A stretch of 62,631 nt of DNA, filler included, from Dicyema japonicum (GCA_011109175.1; 7 parts of 7 records of this genome joined end to end with filler, not necessarily neighbours in it); one strand, 5' to 3'; shown: positions 11,873-25,150, numbered from the whole stretch's first letter. Numbers and translations: made by a program. The notes: generated by a model from the sequence alone, not told the origin.

Positions 11873-12518
11873 GTATAGATGCTTAATTCATTTGACCTGT
11901 TTTGCCCATCTAACTGTGCTTGATTATTCATTCACATTACTCTGGCGTGGATTGTTTAATGTCATCTATAAAGATTTGAACAATAAATTTCGCTATAAGT
12001 TTTTTGAAGAGATTGGATTGCATCCTGATATATCGACAAGATGGGGAAGTTGGTTGCATGCTGCAAATTACTTATAGTACAAATATCTAGAATTCTGAAC
12101 TCTATATCAGAGGATAGAATAATTGTGGAAAACTATAACGCTTCGATACAATCTTAATTTAACAAAAAATTTGGCATTTTGATTTCTGTCTAGCATCCAA
12201 TTGGATTGTTTAATGTCATCTATAAAGATTTGAACAATAAATTTCGCTATAAGTTTTTTGAAGAGATTGGATTGCATCCTGATATATCGACAAGATGGGG
12301 AAGTTGGTTGCATGCTACAAATTACTTATAGTACAAATATCTAGAATTCTGAACTCTATATCAGAGGATAGAATAATTGTGGAAAACGATAACTCTTCGA
12401 TACAATATTAATTTAACAAAAAATTTGGCATTTTGATTTCTGTCTAGCATCCAATTATTCTGGAAAATGCCATTTTTACTATTATGAATGGAATAAAATT
12501 TATAGTGTTAATCAAATT

Positions 12519-12618
12519 NNNNNNNNNNNNNNNNNNNNNNNNNNNNNNNNNNNNNNNNNNNNTTAATTAATTAANNNNNNNNNNNNNNNNNNNNNNNNNN
12601 NNNNNNNNNNNNNNNNNN
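12519..12618. other. Artificial contig linker 44N-TTAATTAATTAA-44N (also 15366-15465, 20527-20626, 27538-27637, 49140-49239, 51613-51712)
   Basis: Identical 100-base structure occurs six times; TTAATTAATTAA gives stops in all six frames. Confidence 0.97.
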
Positions 12619-13129
12619 TAATTATTTTTTAGTTACCTATGATTTTATACTTTAGTCACGTGTTGTAATATAGTTGTCGATTTTCTGGATCATCTATATT
12701 CGCAAGTCTTTAAATACTAAAGATATCTCCAATTGAGTTACATTCTGTTTTTTAAATTAGATTACTGAATTGTTCGAAAATGGCGAAAATCATTTTTAAC
12801 TACGTCAAGTCTTAATTGCGAGAACTAATAACTGATCTTCCTTTGCTTTTATTCATACGCAAATTTCCTTGCATAAACTGATTGTTGAATTACCTTTGCT
12901 TTAGTCATTCAGAGTTATCTCCAGTCTGACAGCCCTTACAAAATTTTCAATAGATTTTACCATTTAATTACAACATCCTTTTTTAAATTTCATGACTAGT
13001 TATTGATAAAAGTGGAGGCTTGATTAAGTGGATAATTTTTAATGCGAAACTTTTTATTTACCCTCATTGTCATCAACTTAGCAGCGTTTTAACTATATCT
13101 TTTACATTTTTTAGTTTTCATAACTACAT

Positions 13130-14100
13130 TGGTAGTAGGGCTGATACTTACATTGAGACGGGTTAGCTTTCCCCGATAATCTAGGAATACGAAAAGTCAT
13201 AGTAGCTTCAGCTCCTTCCAAGCAAGACATGCTCTTTGAAATTATTATTATTAAAAGCAATCCAAAGAATCAAGTAAACAAAAGTCTGTATGAAACAATG
13301 AACGGGTATCCATCGACTGCTCTTATTGTGGGATGGGTTCGCATACGTGTGGACGCAGCTGTGGTGGCTCAAAAACCATTGACTATCACCGAAAGGATTG
13401 CCATCCTCCAAATACGCTTCGGAAATTACCGTAATACTACTCTAATGATTATCAATGCATATGAACAAACCACAGTGAGAGTATCTGCTAACGCAGAAAA
13501 ACATAACAATTTTTCCTTCCTTATCATAGTCTTATTCATTTCTGTGAGATCTTACATTATCTTAATAGCGGGAGACTGAAATTCCATAGTGGATAAAAAG
13601 AAGGAAAAATCATATTGCTTAAACAGCTACGCTCGATGGATCGGAAATCTGTCCGGGGAGGACTTTATACACATCTGCGTCATTTGAAATTCCTTTGAAA
13701 CAGTCAAACACAGAGGTGTTCACACACGGACTCCCGTACGTACAGTGGCATGATAACCTAGAGTGATCACAGACAACTAGTGGTATGTCACGATCTAAAA
13801 CGAAGCTTTGGAATCTTCTGAGAACTTGCATATCGTACGCGAAGCAGGACCTCGTCCATGGAGGCTCTATGTGCTTCCGACAATTCCCGTAAAAAAGGCA
13901 AAAAAATTTCGAAGTTGCTGGAAAATGTCGACACGAATATGTCAAGCGGGCAAATATGGAGGAATATTTTTGTCAGAGTCAAGCAGGCTGCTCGGATAGT
14001 ACTGGGAAATCGCCCAAGGGTGTTCAAGGGAACATTGACAAATAAATAGAAGAGCTGTCAGTTTATTGCAGACGGTTTTAATAATTCGAAAACCTCCTAA
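13130..14100 (+). mobile_element. RTE-like LINE, AP endonuclease plus linker remnant
   Basis: TERIAILQIRFG..MIINAYEQT..; DSRTYSGMIT*SDHR; QIWRNIFVRVKQAARIVLG. Parallels the RTE copies at 46760-48890 and 50010-51612. Confidence 0.65.
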
Positions 14101-14189
14101 TGAAATATTTCCGTCTCAGTCGACCTGACAATAGTTTTTAACATATCTCTTATGTGGTTCTCACGAACAAGATCCGTTCAGCATAGATG

Positions 14190-14700
14190 ACTCATCCTAA
14201 GTCACAATATCCTTTTCGGAAGACTGGGTCAACATGTTTTCATTCCCATATGTCCCGATTCTACTACATATCTAATGGTATCAACTTAAAGATCAGTTCT
14301 CTCAATATCATCTTTTGCGCTTACCTCAACGACATCCCAACGACCCAGATAACGATTATCTTATTTTGCGATGATGACTTATTATTGCATCCAACGATAA
14401 AAATGTTCATTTACTTAGTTTTCTCACTAGATGGCTACAATATCTCTATCCACGTCGAAATTCAACAAACAATTCATACAACTTACCGAAGACAATTAAA
14501 CCGCACTCAGAGTATATATCTCAACAACGACTTCTTCCAGCAAGATACTGGAGAGCATGTTCCTGAGATTACCGATTCAGTACTGATTATTCCGGGAATT
14601 CTCAGAATGGAATTTTCTCGTTTAAAATATCCACTCATCCATCCTTGGTCAGGAGAGAGGTTCGGAATCAAATACATCACGAAAATGGTGTACTAGACAA
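14190..14700 (+). mobile_element. LINE RT remnant (I/Jockey-like)
   Basis: IIFCAYLNDIPTTQITIILFCDDDLLL is a decayed F..YxNDIP..L(F/Y)ADD motif pair. Confidence 0.5.
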
Positions 14701-16029
14701 AGGAGAATAAGTAGCTAGAGGTTGTCTGTCATCCCTCGTGAATTCAATCCCAAGGTGTTACCCATCTCATCTAGATTATTCTTTTTTTGTCTTCTAATAT
14801 TTGTATTAACAATGAACCGTATTAAGGAAAGTTTATGCCCTATGTCTCCAACTTGTCGATTGCAATTCTTATTTACAATTGTTCCAAAATATCAATATAA
14901 TTGAGGATTTTCCTTTGAACTTAGCAACCCGTGGTCAAGAAGATGGCTCTGAAAAGTCAATCTTATATTTCAAATTGAATTTAAATGTTTTTTTCATTTT
15001 CGGTACTTTAATTCAATGTTTCCCAACAGAGAATTTTGCTCTGTAGTCTACAGAGCGATTTCATTAAAATGTAATTTACCAACTCTTTTTCGAAACTTTT
15101 TATTTTAATAATCGAGGATAAACAGCAAAACAAATTTACAACATTCAATTAATAAGTGACTAACTTGAACTTTGTCTTTTGTCACAAGATATCAGATTCA
15201 ATCTAAATGCAGGTTTTAGTCTTAATCTTATTGTTACTCTGCTGTCATCACATACTGACGGATTCGAGCAAGGAATAGAAACCAGTCACTTCAAAAGCTC
15301 GTTTTTTGGAAAAAGCTCGTTTGAAACGTGTTTTTTCTCTCCTCAAAATATACGATAATGTTGCTNNNNNNNNNNNNNNNNNNNNNNNNNNNNNNNNNNN
15401 NNNNNNNNNTTAATTAATTAANNNNNNNNNNNNNNNNNNNNNNNNNNNNNNNNNNNNNNNNNNNNCATTGTATCATAGTCGTCTGTAATTTAATACAAAA
15501 TTTTCCCCTAATATTGTTATTCAAATAATATATGAGCACTTACTATCCTTTTTTATTTATAAAAATATATTTTTATAAATAAACTGATATTTTATGATAT
15601 TTTTTTTTACAAAAAATAAAAATAAAGTGATCCCAGTACTAATGCGAAGGGTCTGATCATGAGACAACCCGACCCCAACTATCTTGTTTATGATCAAGGA
15701 TGGAGTATAGCACAAAGCATGGATTAAATTTTTGGGATCACTTAGTTTGTTTTATGCTTAGCAGTGGTCATGGAAAAAATTTAATTTGACACGTGTTTAT
15801 AAATTTAGTTGGTTGATGGGTATGAGGTCACAAAGTTCTACTATCCACTTGTAGAAATTCCTATAGTTGTAATAGTCTATTCCTCTAAACAACCAGCTAA
15901 GCAGTCAACTGTCAGCAATGCCTCTTATCTGCTTCCAATGTTCCAGTAATTTTCACATCGGTTGTGTGCCATTATAAAAGAAAACTGTGGAAATTTCAAA
16001 TTCTTGGATTTGCATTTTGACCCGTCCCA

Positions 16030-16450
16030 ATACTACCTTCTTCATCCGTTTCCAGTGAAAAACTGAAAGGTTTATATTGAAAATCGACGAAAACAGAATT
16101 TAGGTAATAAATTTCACATTCTATTTAATCAAATCATACAAAATATGTAAATTTATTGCCAAGTCGAGGAATTATCATAATATTGGAGAAACACTAATTA
16201 GGTCTGCTACATAAATAATAATATCTCAAGTTCAAGTGGATTCAAATGAATATTACATTCAATTACATTCAATGAAATATTACATTCAACTCCGTTAAGT
16301 AGGTCTACCAGAAGGACGATAATATGGCACAAGAAATCGAATCTCAATTAATACATTTGCTAATACAAACTTTTCATTACAGATAGACGAAACTACATTG
16401 CCAGATAACGGTTCTCTCCTTATGGCATATGTAAGGTTTTTGGAAATGCT
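16030..16450 (+). mobile_element. hAT/Buster (ZBED5/SCAND3-like) transposase remnant
   Basis: SYKICKFIAKS..HNIGETLI and DMAQEIESQL..FSLQIDETTLPDNGSLLMAYVRF (first catalytic D region of Buster transposases); frameshifted. Confidence 0.7.
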
Positions 16451-16749
16451 TTTTGTGACTTGAGCTTTAATGTATTGAACGTAACGAGTTATCACAATTT
16501 CAAAATTTATCGAAAATACAAAATATTATTAAGGAAGAGGATTTACAAGTTCACATATATCATCTTAAAAATATGTACAACGATTTACAAACACGATATA
16601 TTGATCTTTTCAATGTAAAAGCTTCCACAGATCGAGATACAATAAGAAATAATAGATTTGCAATCTGACCATCTGGCAATTCAAGCTTTCGATAACCATC
16701 AAAGATATTTTTGGATGTACACTGATTTTCCAAACAGATATCCTAAGAC

Positions 16750-16985
16750 TTTTAATCCCAATCGTAATGAGATCTCAATTCATCATCCAGAAAGATAATC
16801 AAAACTCCATTGGGAACGGCGTTGAACCACGCACCGCTCTCGGAAGACACCCCGGACAACAAATAGGCACGGCGATGTTGACTAGATGACACTAGCGAAT
16901 CTTCCAAAGGATTCCTGCATACAGCATGTCCAGGCCCCGCTAAGAGAACACGGAAAGCAGGAACATATTTCAGATGTTTCATGTA
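16750..16985 (-). mobile_element. CRE-clade retrotransposon fragment
   Basis: RAYLLSGVSSESGAWFNAVPNGVLIIFLDDELRS is homologous to 18062-18150. Confidence 0.7.
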
Positions 16986-17074
16986 TTAATTGTATAATGT
17001 CTGCTAGAAAACTTAAATTCAGATCATTTTGATCTTAATTTTTTCAGAAAATCTAAATTCTATTTTAAGCAGAG

Positions 17075-18728
17075 AAAGATGTCCTGAGAGATGTCCGTCT
17101 CTGCAAAGAAAGATGTCCATATATATTTGAACTGGTCAATTATTCATATGGAAAGCCTACATCTCTATTGCATGGAGATTTCATGCTTCCATCGTCTTCA
17201 GGTGTTCAACAAGGCGACCCCCTCGGACCACTACTATTCTCCCTCGGAATTGAGAGGATTACGAAGCTCTTTCGATTCCCACTCAACATCTGGTACCTCA
17301 ATGACGCTGTCCTAGGAGGTACCTCCGACATTGTCTTCCAGGAATTGGAAGTACTCATCCCCGCGTTGTCCAGGTGGGTCTTGAATTGAATACAACAAAA
17401 TGTGAAATAACAAACAGTGGTCTTGCTGACGATGACTTCTCTTCAATTGTTCCAAAATTTTACTCCTTGTTTCCTGGTGGGATTTCAACCCCTGAAAAGG
17501 AATTGATTTTTCTTGGATCCCCGATCACTAGGAATGCGATGAAGCAAGTCCTCCTTGACAAAAAACAACTCCTATGCGAATCGTGGACAGATTACAGCTT
17601 CTTGACTCACACTCAGCAATATTCCTCATGAAAAAAAGTCTTAACATTCAGAGAATCGCCTATTTACTCAGAACAGCCCGTACTATTCCCAATTGGAGCA
17701 CTTTGAATTGTCGTTCCTAGCTCGACGGCAAATATTTAATGTCAAATTCGACGATGCTACATGGAAGCAAGCTACACTTCCAGTTAGATTTGGGAATCTT
17801 GGAATCCGTCGTACTTTGGACGTCTCACTTCCTGCACATCTGTCTTCACTCACGGCCTGCGAACCTTTGGTCAGGAGGATTCTACACTCCCTACCCAAAT
17901 TCTCAATTGACCAATACATAATCTACGCACGAGAAGCCTGGAATGCCACTAACCTCCCCTTGCCTCTTTCACAAAACTGCCAGCGAAACCTGGACAATTT
18001 ATTGTGCTGGAAATCATTTGGACTCCTACTGGAATCGGCCAATCAGCACTGACGCGCTTGTTTGCTTTCGCGAGCTTTCCCTGAGAGCGGAGCTTGGCTA
18101 AACGCCATCCCAAATGGAGCTCTGGGAACTTTTCTGGATAATAAATGCGTTAGAAGCGGTATCTCTCTGCGGCTGAGGCTGAAAGTATGTGTACCTCACC
18201 CGTGCCGATGTGGTGTCCTGACACACTGGTATGGCCTGCACCCTCTCGCCTGCAAGAGGAGCGCTGGCAGATCTCCAAGACACAAGGCTCTGAATAAAAT
18301 TGTCAAGCAGGCTATGGATGCTGCTGGATACTCGGCCATTCTTGAACCGGTCGGGTTATGCAGAAGTGACGGGAAACGACCGACGGGATGACAATATTTC
18401 CCTTTGAGGCTGGGAAACCACTTGTTTGAGACGTGACATGAACAGAACGTTCGCCCAACAATCTTCACGAGTGCGCTTCAAGAGCCTGCTCTCAGAGAAG
18501 GCAAAACTCGAAAAATACGGCGACCTTCCCGATAATGTCCGATTTGTTCCCCTTGCTATGGATACTTCCGGATCCTACTCCCCCTCTACACTAGAGTTTT
18601 TCGGACGTCTTGGAAACCGGATCACCTCATGCACTGGAGATCTCCGCGAACGCCGCTGGCTGTTTGAGCGAAGTTCGCTCGCAATTCAGAGAGAACACAT
18701 CCACGCAGTGAGGGCGGCAGCTAACTAA
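17075..18728 (+). mobile_element. CRE-clade non-LTR retrotransposon (RT, CCHC-like zinc finger, restriction-like endonuclease); 5'-truncated and frameshifted
   Basis: SGVQQGDPLGPLLFSL, WYL(D>N)DAVL, QATLPVRFGNLGIR, ESGAWLNA, CRCG..HPLAC..RSPRH, RSDGKRP(D)G and FVPLAMDTSG motifs, in the correct order. Confidence 0.88.
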
Positions 18729-19149
18729 TGTTTTGTCCTTATCATTTTTAAGCGGATAAACAAAAGAATGAACGTTCATCAATCAGAATATGAATTTTCT
18801 GAAATGATGTATTTTAGTGAATAAATTTAGATACGAGTTTTAAAGGACTATGGGAGTGATCCATCGCTAAAGTTGAGCAGATTTGAATCTCCATATGCAG
18901 AGCCAAGTAAAGTTACTCAAATTTTGTAAGACAACCATGGAGATGGTGACCTTGGCTTTGAATAGCAGAACTCGGAAGCGCGTCACTGGGAACCTTCCTG
19001 CATAGTCCAAGGCATGACTGGCAGTGCCATATTCCAGCACGCTCGATGTGGCTTGGGATAGCTTGATACACTCGAAGAAATTTCCACAAGCATAACAGGA
19101 GATCCCATGCATCCGAGTTCTGCCTAGCCGACAGGATGAACACATCTCA

Positions 19150-20310
19150 GAAAACATGTAAAATCGTTATCATGTTGTGAGACTCTGGATGGAGTCAGTG
19201 GATACCGATATTTGGGTATTTTTGAAGACGAGGGAAGTAATGTTCTTAAAAGCAAAGTTATGGAGTCCATACTTTAAAATGTTAAGAGAATAACCATGCT
19301 TTCAAAAACAAAGTTAAATTTCTGTGAACTTATTTCGTGCAATAAACGAATACGCAATTTCCCTAACAATTATATTAGACTAATTATTATTGAACTTTAT
19401 GAATTTGTTGATTTTGACCAACAAATAAGCTAACTGCTTACGTCACTAAAGTTGCACCCCAAACATGCAAATAAAGAGAGGCTGTATTTGGACAGGAAGA
19501 ATTTTAGAAGAGACTTTCCTCGATTTCATTAAAGAGCGAATTAATTCTTTTCCAGTTCCTTAAAAATTTGGAAAAAACAGTCGACTGTGTGTTTGCGAAG
19601 GTCGGGGATTCTGCGAGTAATAAAAAACAAAAAAATGGCACTTGGCTACAATCGCAGGATTTTTGCCTCTAAATATGCAATTGCCGACAGGGAAAGCATG
19701 GATATTAAGTCCCTCAAGGACACTCAGAAAAAATATTTATTAAATAAATTTATTGCAGAACACTACACTCAATTATGTTCAAATGTATTGATGAAACAAA
19801 TGTCGACCTATATACTTCCTCAGAATGGTTACCCAAAGAAAATAACGGCCCACGAAGCGAAGCATTGTACTGTCTTTTGCAAAATAGGAATTTGTTTTTT
19901 GCACACACGGGTCATTGTGCAACCATTGTAAAAAAGCAAGAAAACTGTTAATCATTTGGCCACTCAGTGTAGTGAAATGCTAAATAGTGATTATCTTTGA
20001 AAACATAATGAAGTGGTAAAGTCCATCCATCTTCATCTTTGTCGAATTTATGGAATCAAAAGAAGCAGGAAATTGAAAGGAAATTCGGTTCAGTCAATAT
20101 TGAAGAAATCAAAATGTCGAAAATAGTGTTGACACGTCGATTTTGACAGAAACGAGAGTCCAATACAATAAACCTGATATTTTTGTGTATGACAAAACAA
20201 AGAAGGAAGTAACTTTAATTGAAGTGGGGATTACCTCACAAGACCGAGTGAAGCAAGTTGAAGTTGAGAAACTTCCCAAATATGACGTGCTTGAAAATGA
20301 ACTTTCCCAG
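19150..20310 (+). mobile_element. R4/NeSL-type RLE non-LTR retrotransposon, 3' part, degraded
   Basis: YRYLGIFED, HPKHANKERLYLDRK, C..C..ETVNHL and KHNEVVKSIHLHLC regions, then the PD-(D/E)xK nuclease NKPDIFVYDKTKKEVTLIEVGIT. Confidence 0.8.
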
Positions 20311-20626
20311 CTATCAGTTTTGTGTTTTCATTTTCCTGATTGTACTTTAATTGCCACATTTCGATCCAGCATGGGATGAAGGTATACGAAGAAGAGTACG
20401 CCTCTGCTACTTCCCAACTTGTGGAACTGGCATGCCGTGAAGACAGCCCACTGGACTCTAACGGAGATATTTTGACTGAATCTGATGCGGAGATGCGGAG
20501 TAACAGGGAGGTTATGGCACACTCTTNNNNNNNNNNNNNNNNNNNNNNNNNNNNNNNNNNNNNNNNNNNNTTAATTAATTAANNNNNNNNNNNNNNNNNN
20601 NNNNNNNNNNNNNNNNNNNNNNNNNN

Positions 20627-22069
20627 GGCCAAACCTATCAACGTCCCAATACAAGTCACTTCTTGCTTTATGAAGGATATGTTAGTTTTGTCACGAACGA
20701 AAGCATTCATTTTAACCCCGTCGCTATATGGTTGATACAATCTGTTCTCAGTAGCCACGTGAGGTTCCTGTGGTGAAATAATAAGATGTTTACGGATATA
20801 ATGATATGGTAAAGATCATCGTCGTGTAATTCCCTTGATAACTCTGGAAGATCCCCAAAGTTATCCCACGAAAATGTGAATTGTCTGTGATTGTCCATGT
20901 AATCAATATCAGTCCACTGTCCGTCCTATTTTAGTTTTATAATCTTAACTTGGGGAATCCCCTCTTCTTTCATTTTTTGGACGAGGCCTCTCACTTCATC
21001 AGTACTCGTGTAACCCCACTTACACAAATGGAATCCCAAAGACCAATACGGAGGCATTATACTACGTCCAATGAGATCTGTGTATTGCTTCACTACTTCC
21101 ATGGGGGTTGGTCCCATAAACAGATAAATATCGAAGATTCCCCCAATACTGCGCCACGTGATCTGTTTCGAAGGCTGGGTAACAAATTCTAAAATAATTT
21201 GAGGTTCAACCCTGAGCATTGCTGTTGTAGAACAAAGTCCCGTAAAACCAATTTCCATCAGAGACCGTATAAAATGGATGAGTTCCATAGCCATTTGTGT
21301 TTGGCTGAAATGTCACCGACGAATACCTCAGGACGATGATCTGCATTAAAGAGTGGATAGTTTTTCCATTCTAAGTTCACACGTGTAGGTCCCCACCGCG
21401 CGCCAATTCCATGGATGTAAGATCCTCCAAGAGAAGTGGAAATGGACAAAAATTGGTCAGCGAATATGAGGGGACCAATGCGAGTGTCAAATCTAAGGTT
21501 AACCGATTTATCCCCAACACAATCATTTCGGGGACTTTTCGAGTGACAATGAGAGCAAATGGCTGGGAGATCACTTCCACGAAATAATTGGTCTCATTTA
21601 CGGTTGTGATCCTTTGATTCAAGGAAAGTGGAACTTGATATCTCCCATTTGACGAATCCGATATCTTATTTTAATCAGAAATTGATGATACCTTTATTCT
21701 CAACTGATCTCTGGTGTTGTATTCGACCTCCACGAGGGGTTCGTCAATAAGAGTATCCATGTAAAAGTTGTTATAAAGTTCGAGAATAATTTTAACTCCG
21801 GTAGTTGATCTTACAAGACTCTTTACTTTGTAGAGTCCATAGTCTTTTCCAAAAAAACAAGCTGGGGATGACTCGTTGATTTTCTTTCGATTATAACAAC
21901 ATCCTCTCTCAAGACATTCTTTATGATTCAGGTTTAATTCAGGGTAACAATTGATTCTCTCACTTTCTCTGACTGAGGAGCATTGATCAGGCTCAGTTTT
22001 GGAATTGAAATCGAATATGCTTTTCAAGTTGATTAGAGGTAGAAATGATAAATACAGTAAAAAACTCAT
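20627..22069 (-). CDS. GAA: Lysosomal alpha-glucosidase (signal peptide, trefoil/P-type domain, GH31 N-terminal part and start of TIM barrel); 8 exons visible, ~423 aa, 3' end cut by linker
   Basis: Exons 22069-21692, 21664-21519, 21492-21327, 21304-21211, 21188-20950, 20925-20794, 20767-20660 and 20634-20627 join in one stop-free frame. Motifs: RINCYPE..C..RGCCY; PLIFADQFLSISTSL; YGTHPFY; WRSIGGIFDIYLFMGP; MPPYWSLGFHLCKWGY; QWTDIDYMD; VWP. Introns are 27, 26, 22, 22, 24, 26 and 25 nt, all GT-AG. Confidence 0.93.
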
Positions 22070-23850
22070 TTCATTGCATTTATAATCAAAATTTATATGA
22101 TTTTTGGGTTCGCCAAAGTAAAAAAATAATTTTATAAATTCGAGTTGATTAGAGGTAGAAATGATAAATACAGTAAAAAACTCATTTCATTGTATTTATA
22201 ATCAAAATTTATATGATTTTTGGGTTCGCCAAAGTAAAAAAATAATTTTATAAAATTATAAATTTTAAATAATATTTTATTAAATTTACAATAAAGTTAA
22301 TTGCTGTTATATTTTTATTTTTGATAATTTTTTCGTATAATTTTATCAAAATGTAAGATATTTCTTGGAATTTTAATCAAAATTCCGTCTTATCACAAAA
22401 GGTGTGTCTTTTTAAAAATTTAGATGATTACAGTGCCACATATAACTCTTGAATTGACTACAGAACAGAAGATTAAAGTAATTTTAATCAAAATTCCGTC
22501 TTATCACAAAAGGTGTGTCTTTTTAAAAATTTAGATGATTACAGTGCCACATATAACTCTTGAGTTGACTACAGAACAGAAGATTAAAGTTAAGATGAGG
22601 TTTCGTATAAGAGATTCATTCGAATTTTAGTTATCTTGGCTTAAATGGTAGGCTGGGAAATAAAAAACAAAGACTTCTTTTTAGTACCAGTTCCCTGTAT
22701 AAATTTTGAAAAATGCAGTGACATAAAGTTGTCTCGGAAGGATTTCATTTCAATCTGGATGCTGCACTAGTCGAAATATGGAATTAGTCCCCAGTCAGAT
22801 AATATTGATTCGTTCGTACCCGCTTAAATCCCGAAGAATGTCGTCTTCAGTTTATTGATGGATTTGAAAAGAGTATCAAGTAGACTATGCAAATTCAGCT
22901 GGTGCCTCAAAAAGGGGATGAATTCAATCAAATAAGTCAGAGAAAACCAGGCTTACCATGCTTTGGATTTGTAGCTTTTACCAAGGAGATGTAAAAGGAT
23001 GCATTAGAATGAATTCTTTGACGCTGATTGAACCAATTTGAACTCGAAAAATCTTGCCTGTTGGCCAATAAGTAATAATTGTTTGATTCTTCAATTTAAT
23101 GATCTTAAAAACTAATGACAACCCTCAAATGCTACGCAGTAACAAGGTGGCATGAAAAATGATCATTTACTCCCCCAGTCTATTAGATCATGTCTTGGAG
23201 GGGTTTCTACAACTGCAAGGATTGTCTCTTATTTCCATTTAACGAATTATAGGGGTTCCCAACCATTAGGGACATTTTTAAAATATTCATAATTTTGTCA
23301 GTTTTTAGCGATTTAATGATAAATGTTAATTTTTTATAGATAAAATATTTTTTATCAAAAAAACACAGAACATACCTTTAAATTTTTTGAAAAATTTGAT
23401 TAGTCAATAGTCGACGTTCTTAAACGTAAGGTGAGCCCAAATGAGGTTAAACTGAACTCAATATTTTCAATCGTGGTTATTGATCACACAGAATCGCTCG
23501 TTATTGCGACGAATAATCCGTGTCCCTCACATTATTCGTTCTGGAACTAAAACCAAAGTGCAATGAAAACAAAATTATGGAAAATTGAAAAAGAGCTAAT
23601 TTCGAAGAAAAACAAACTTGATTGCACAAGTTGTCAATTTATGAACTTTTCGCTTAAAGAAAATTTATATTAACTATGCAACCTTATAATCCTGTTAGTT
23701 TAGTGACGAAAGGACCTTTAAAGTACATAATTTTATTTAAAAGTTCATAAAAATCATTCATAAATTATAGTGAAAGTAGCAGAATATGAAAGTTTGTATG
23801 AACTTTGAGAAAGTGTTTATTATAAATATAATTCACGCAGAATTGTGTAA

Positions 23851-24109
23851 ATGATGGCATTATTTTTTATATTCATATTCCTGACTGAAAATGCACCCAG
23901 TATTATTTAGTTTAACATTATAAGCCCTTGCTCCACATAGATTACAAAATCAGCAGAAACCAAATTATGAAGCTCTTTTAAAACAGAATTTAACTGACGC
24001 ACGATCAGAAAACCCTGAGTCTACGTTTTTAATTGGTTAATGACAATCTTATCTAACAGTTAATAATATTACCCGTAAATTTATTTTGTATCAACAAATG
24101 AATAAGTGA
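23851..24109 (+). CDS. Small putative secreted protein, paralog 1 (~69 aa, 2 micro-introns)
   Basis: Exons 23851-23899, 23925-24035 and 24060-24109: MMALFFIFIFLTENAPTLAPHRLQNQQKPNYEALLKQNLTDARSENPESTFLIVNNITRKFILYQQMNK. Introns 25 and 24 nt, in the same positions as in paralog 2. Confidence 0.6.
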
Positions 24110-24479
24110 TTAGAAGTCAGGCAGTATTTTATCAATATTTTTAAAATTATTTTATTAAATTTTTTAAATGATTTATTTAAAAAAACAACTAAAGTCGTTT
24201 AGTTAGAAACCAGAATTACTCTCTGATCAACAATATTTCGTGCCTCTACTCAAGTCATTTGCAGAGTTCGCATCTCTCCAAAGCAATCTTTCGTCAGGTA
24301 TTGGAGAGAAAGGCGTCTTTCATCCCTCCAACGACCCCGCAAGTCTCCATTGAAATAAGAACGAACTGGTAGTTTTCCTTTTTTTGCATTAATTGAAAAA
24401 AACGATATGGCACGGGGACTCATCTTTCTGTGGCGTCGTCTAAGTTTGGTGCACGTCATAGAAAAACACGATCAAAAAG

Positions 24480-25150
24480 TTCGAAACTCCTCTATTGGAC
24501 CCAATTTGGAACTCCTAGTGCTGATAGACCGCAAAGCATGACCTCCGGCCTCATCTCGAACGACATTGATCTTAACTTCGGCCAATCAGCAAGCGGATCC
24601 AAATATTATAGATCAACAATAGCGGGAAAAAATCCAAACACATGAATATTTCTAAAAAATTTAATGGACACTGCGTTGTTTTAAGAATCTAGAATTCCAC
24701 CTCTTCATATTTACAAATTCCCGAATTACATAATTCGCTCAGAAAATTGCACATGTTTCTTACTAAGATGATTTGATCATACTCGTCAATTTTGTTCATC
24801 CATTGATTGACACAACTTATTTTAAATTTCCCAAGAAGCCAATATCATCCATCCACGAACTAATTAAAAACGTTCAAGGCTCCCCCAGATAAGGCATGAT
24901 TGAATATATCTTGGACCTACAGACTTGAGGCATTGAAATCTATTTTTGAATTACCAATCAATGATCTAAAAAGTAACTCTCCTGGCTTCAATAGATCTAA
25001 CAGAAACATTCGAACGAATCTCTCTTGTGATACTTTCCAACAAGATCAAATCAGCAACCATCTATTCAGTTTAGAGGCCCTGGCTCACGAATTTTTTCTC
25101 TTCAAAAACTGATTCGAGTCTGTTTATGTTCTTATATTCCTTGTTTTCGG
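24480..25150 (+). mobile_element. Decayed LINE RT remnant (copy in duplication unit 1)
   Basis: Colinear with 26200-27060; traces of the SLLNPI, F.LTKA..I.HDL and GSVLGP.IF RT motifs. Confidence 0.5.

Noticed and set aside
12563-12574. TTAATTAATTAA as a biological motif
   Set aside because: Always centred in 44+44 N; it is a standard artificial six-frame-stop linker.
14187-14696. Novel 169-aa protein
   Set aside because: Contains decayed RT motifs (YLNDIP..LFCDD); it is a LINE remnant.
20627-22069. Ciliate or microsporidian origin of the window
   Set aside because: No in-frame TAA/TAG in the intact spliced genes and TAA/TAG act as stops, which argues against Paramecium-type codes. Intron-dense trefoil-GH31, MBD2/3 and LAMP-like genes do not fit microsporidia.
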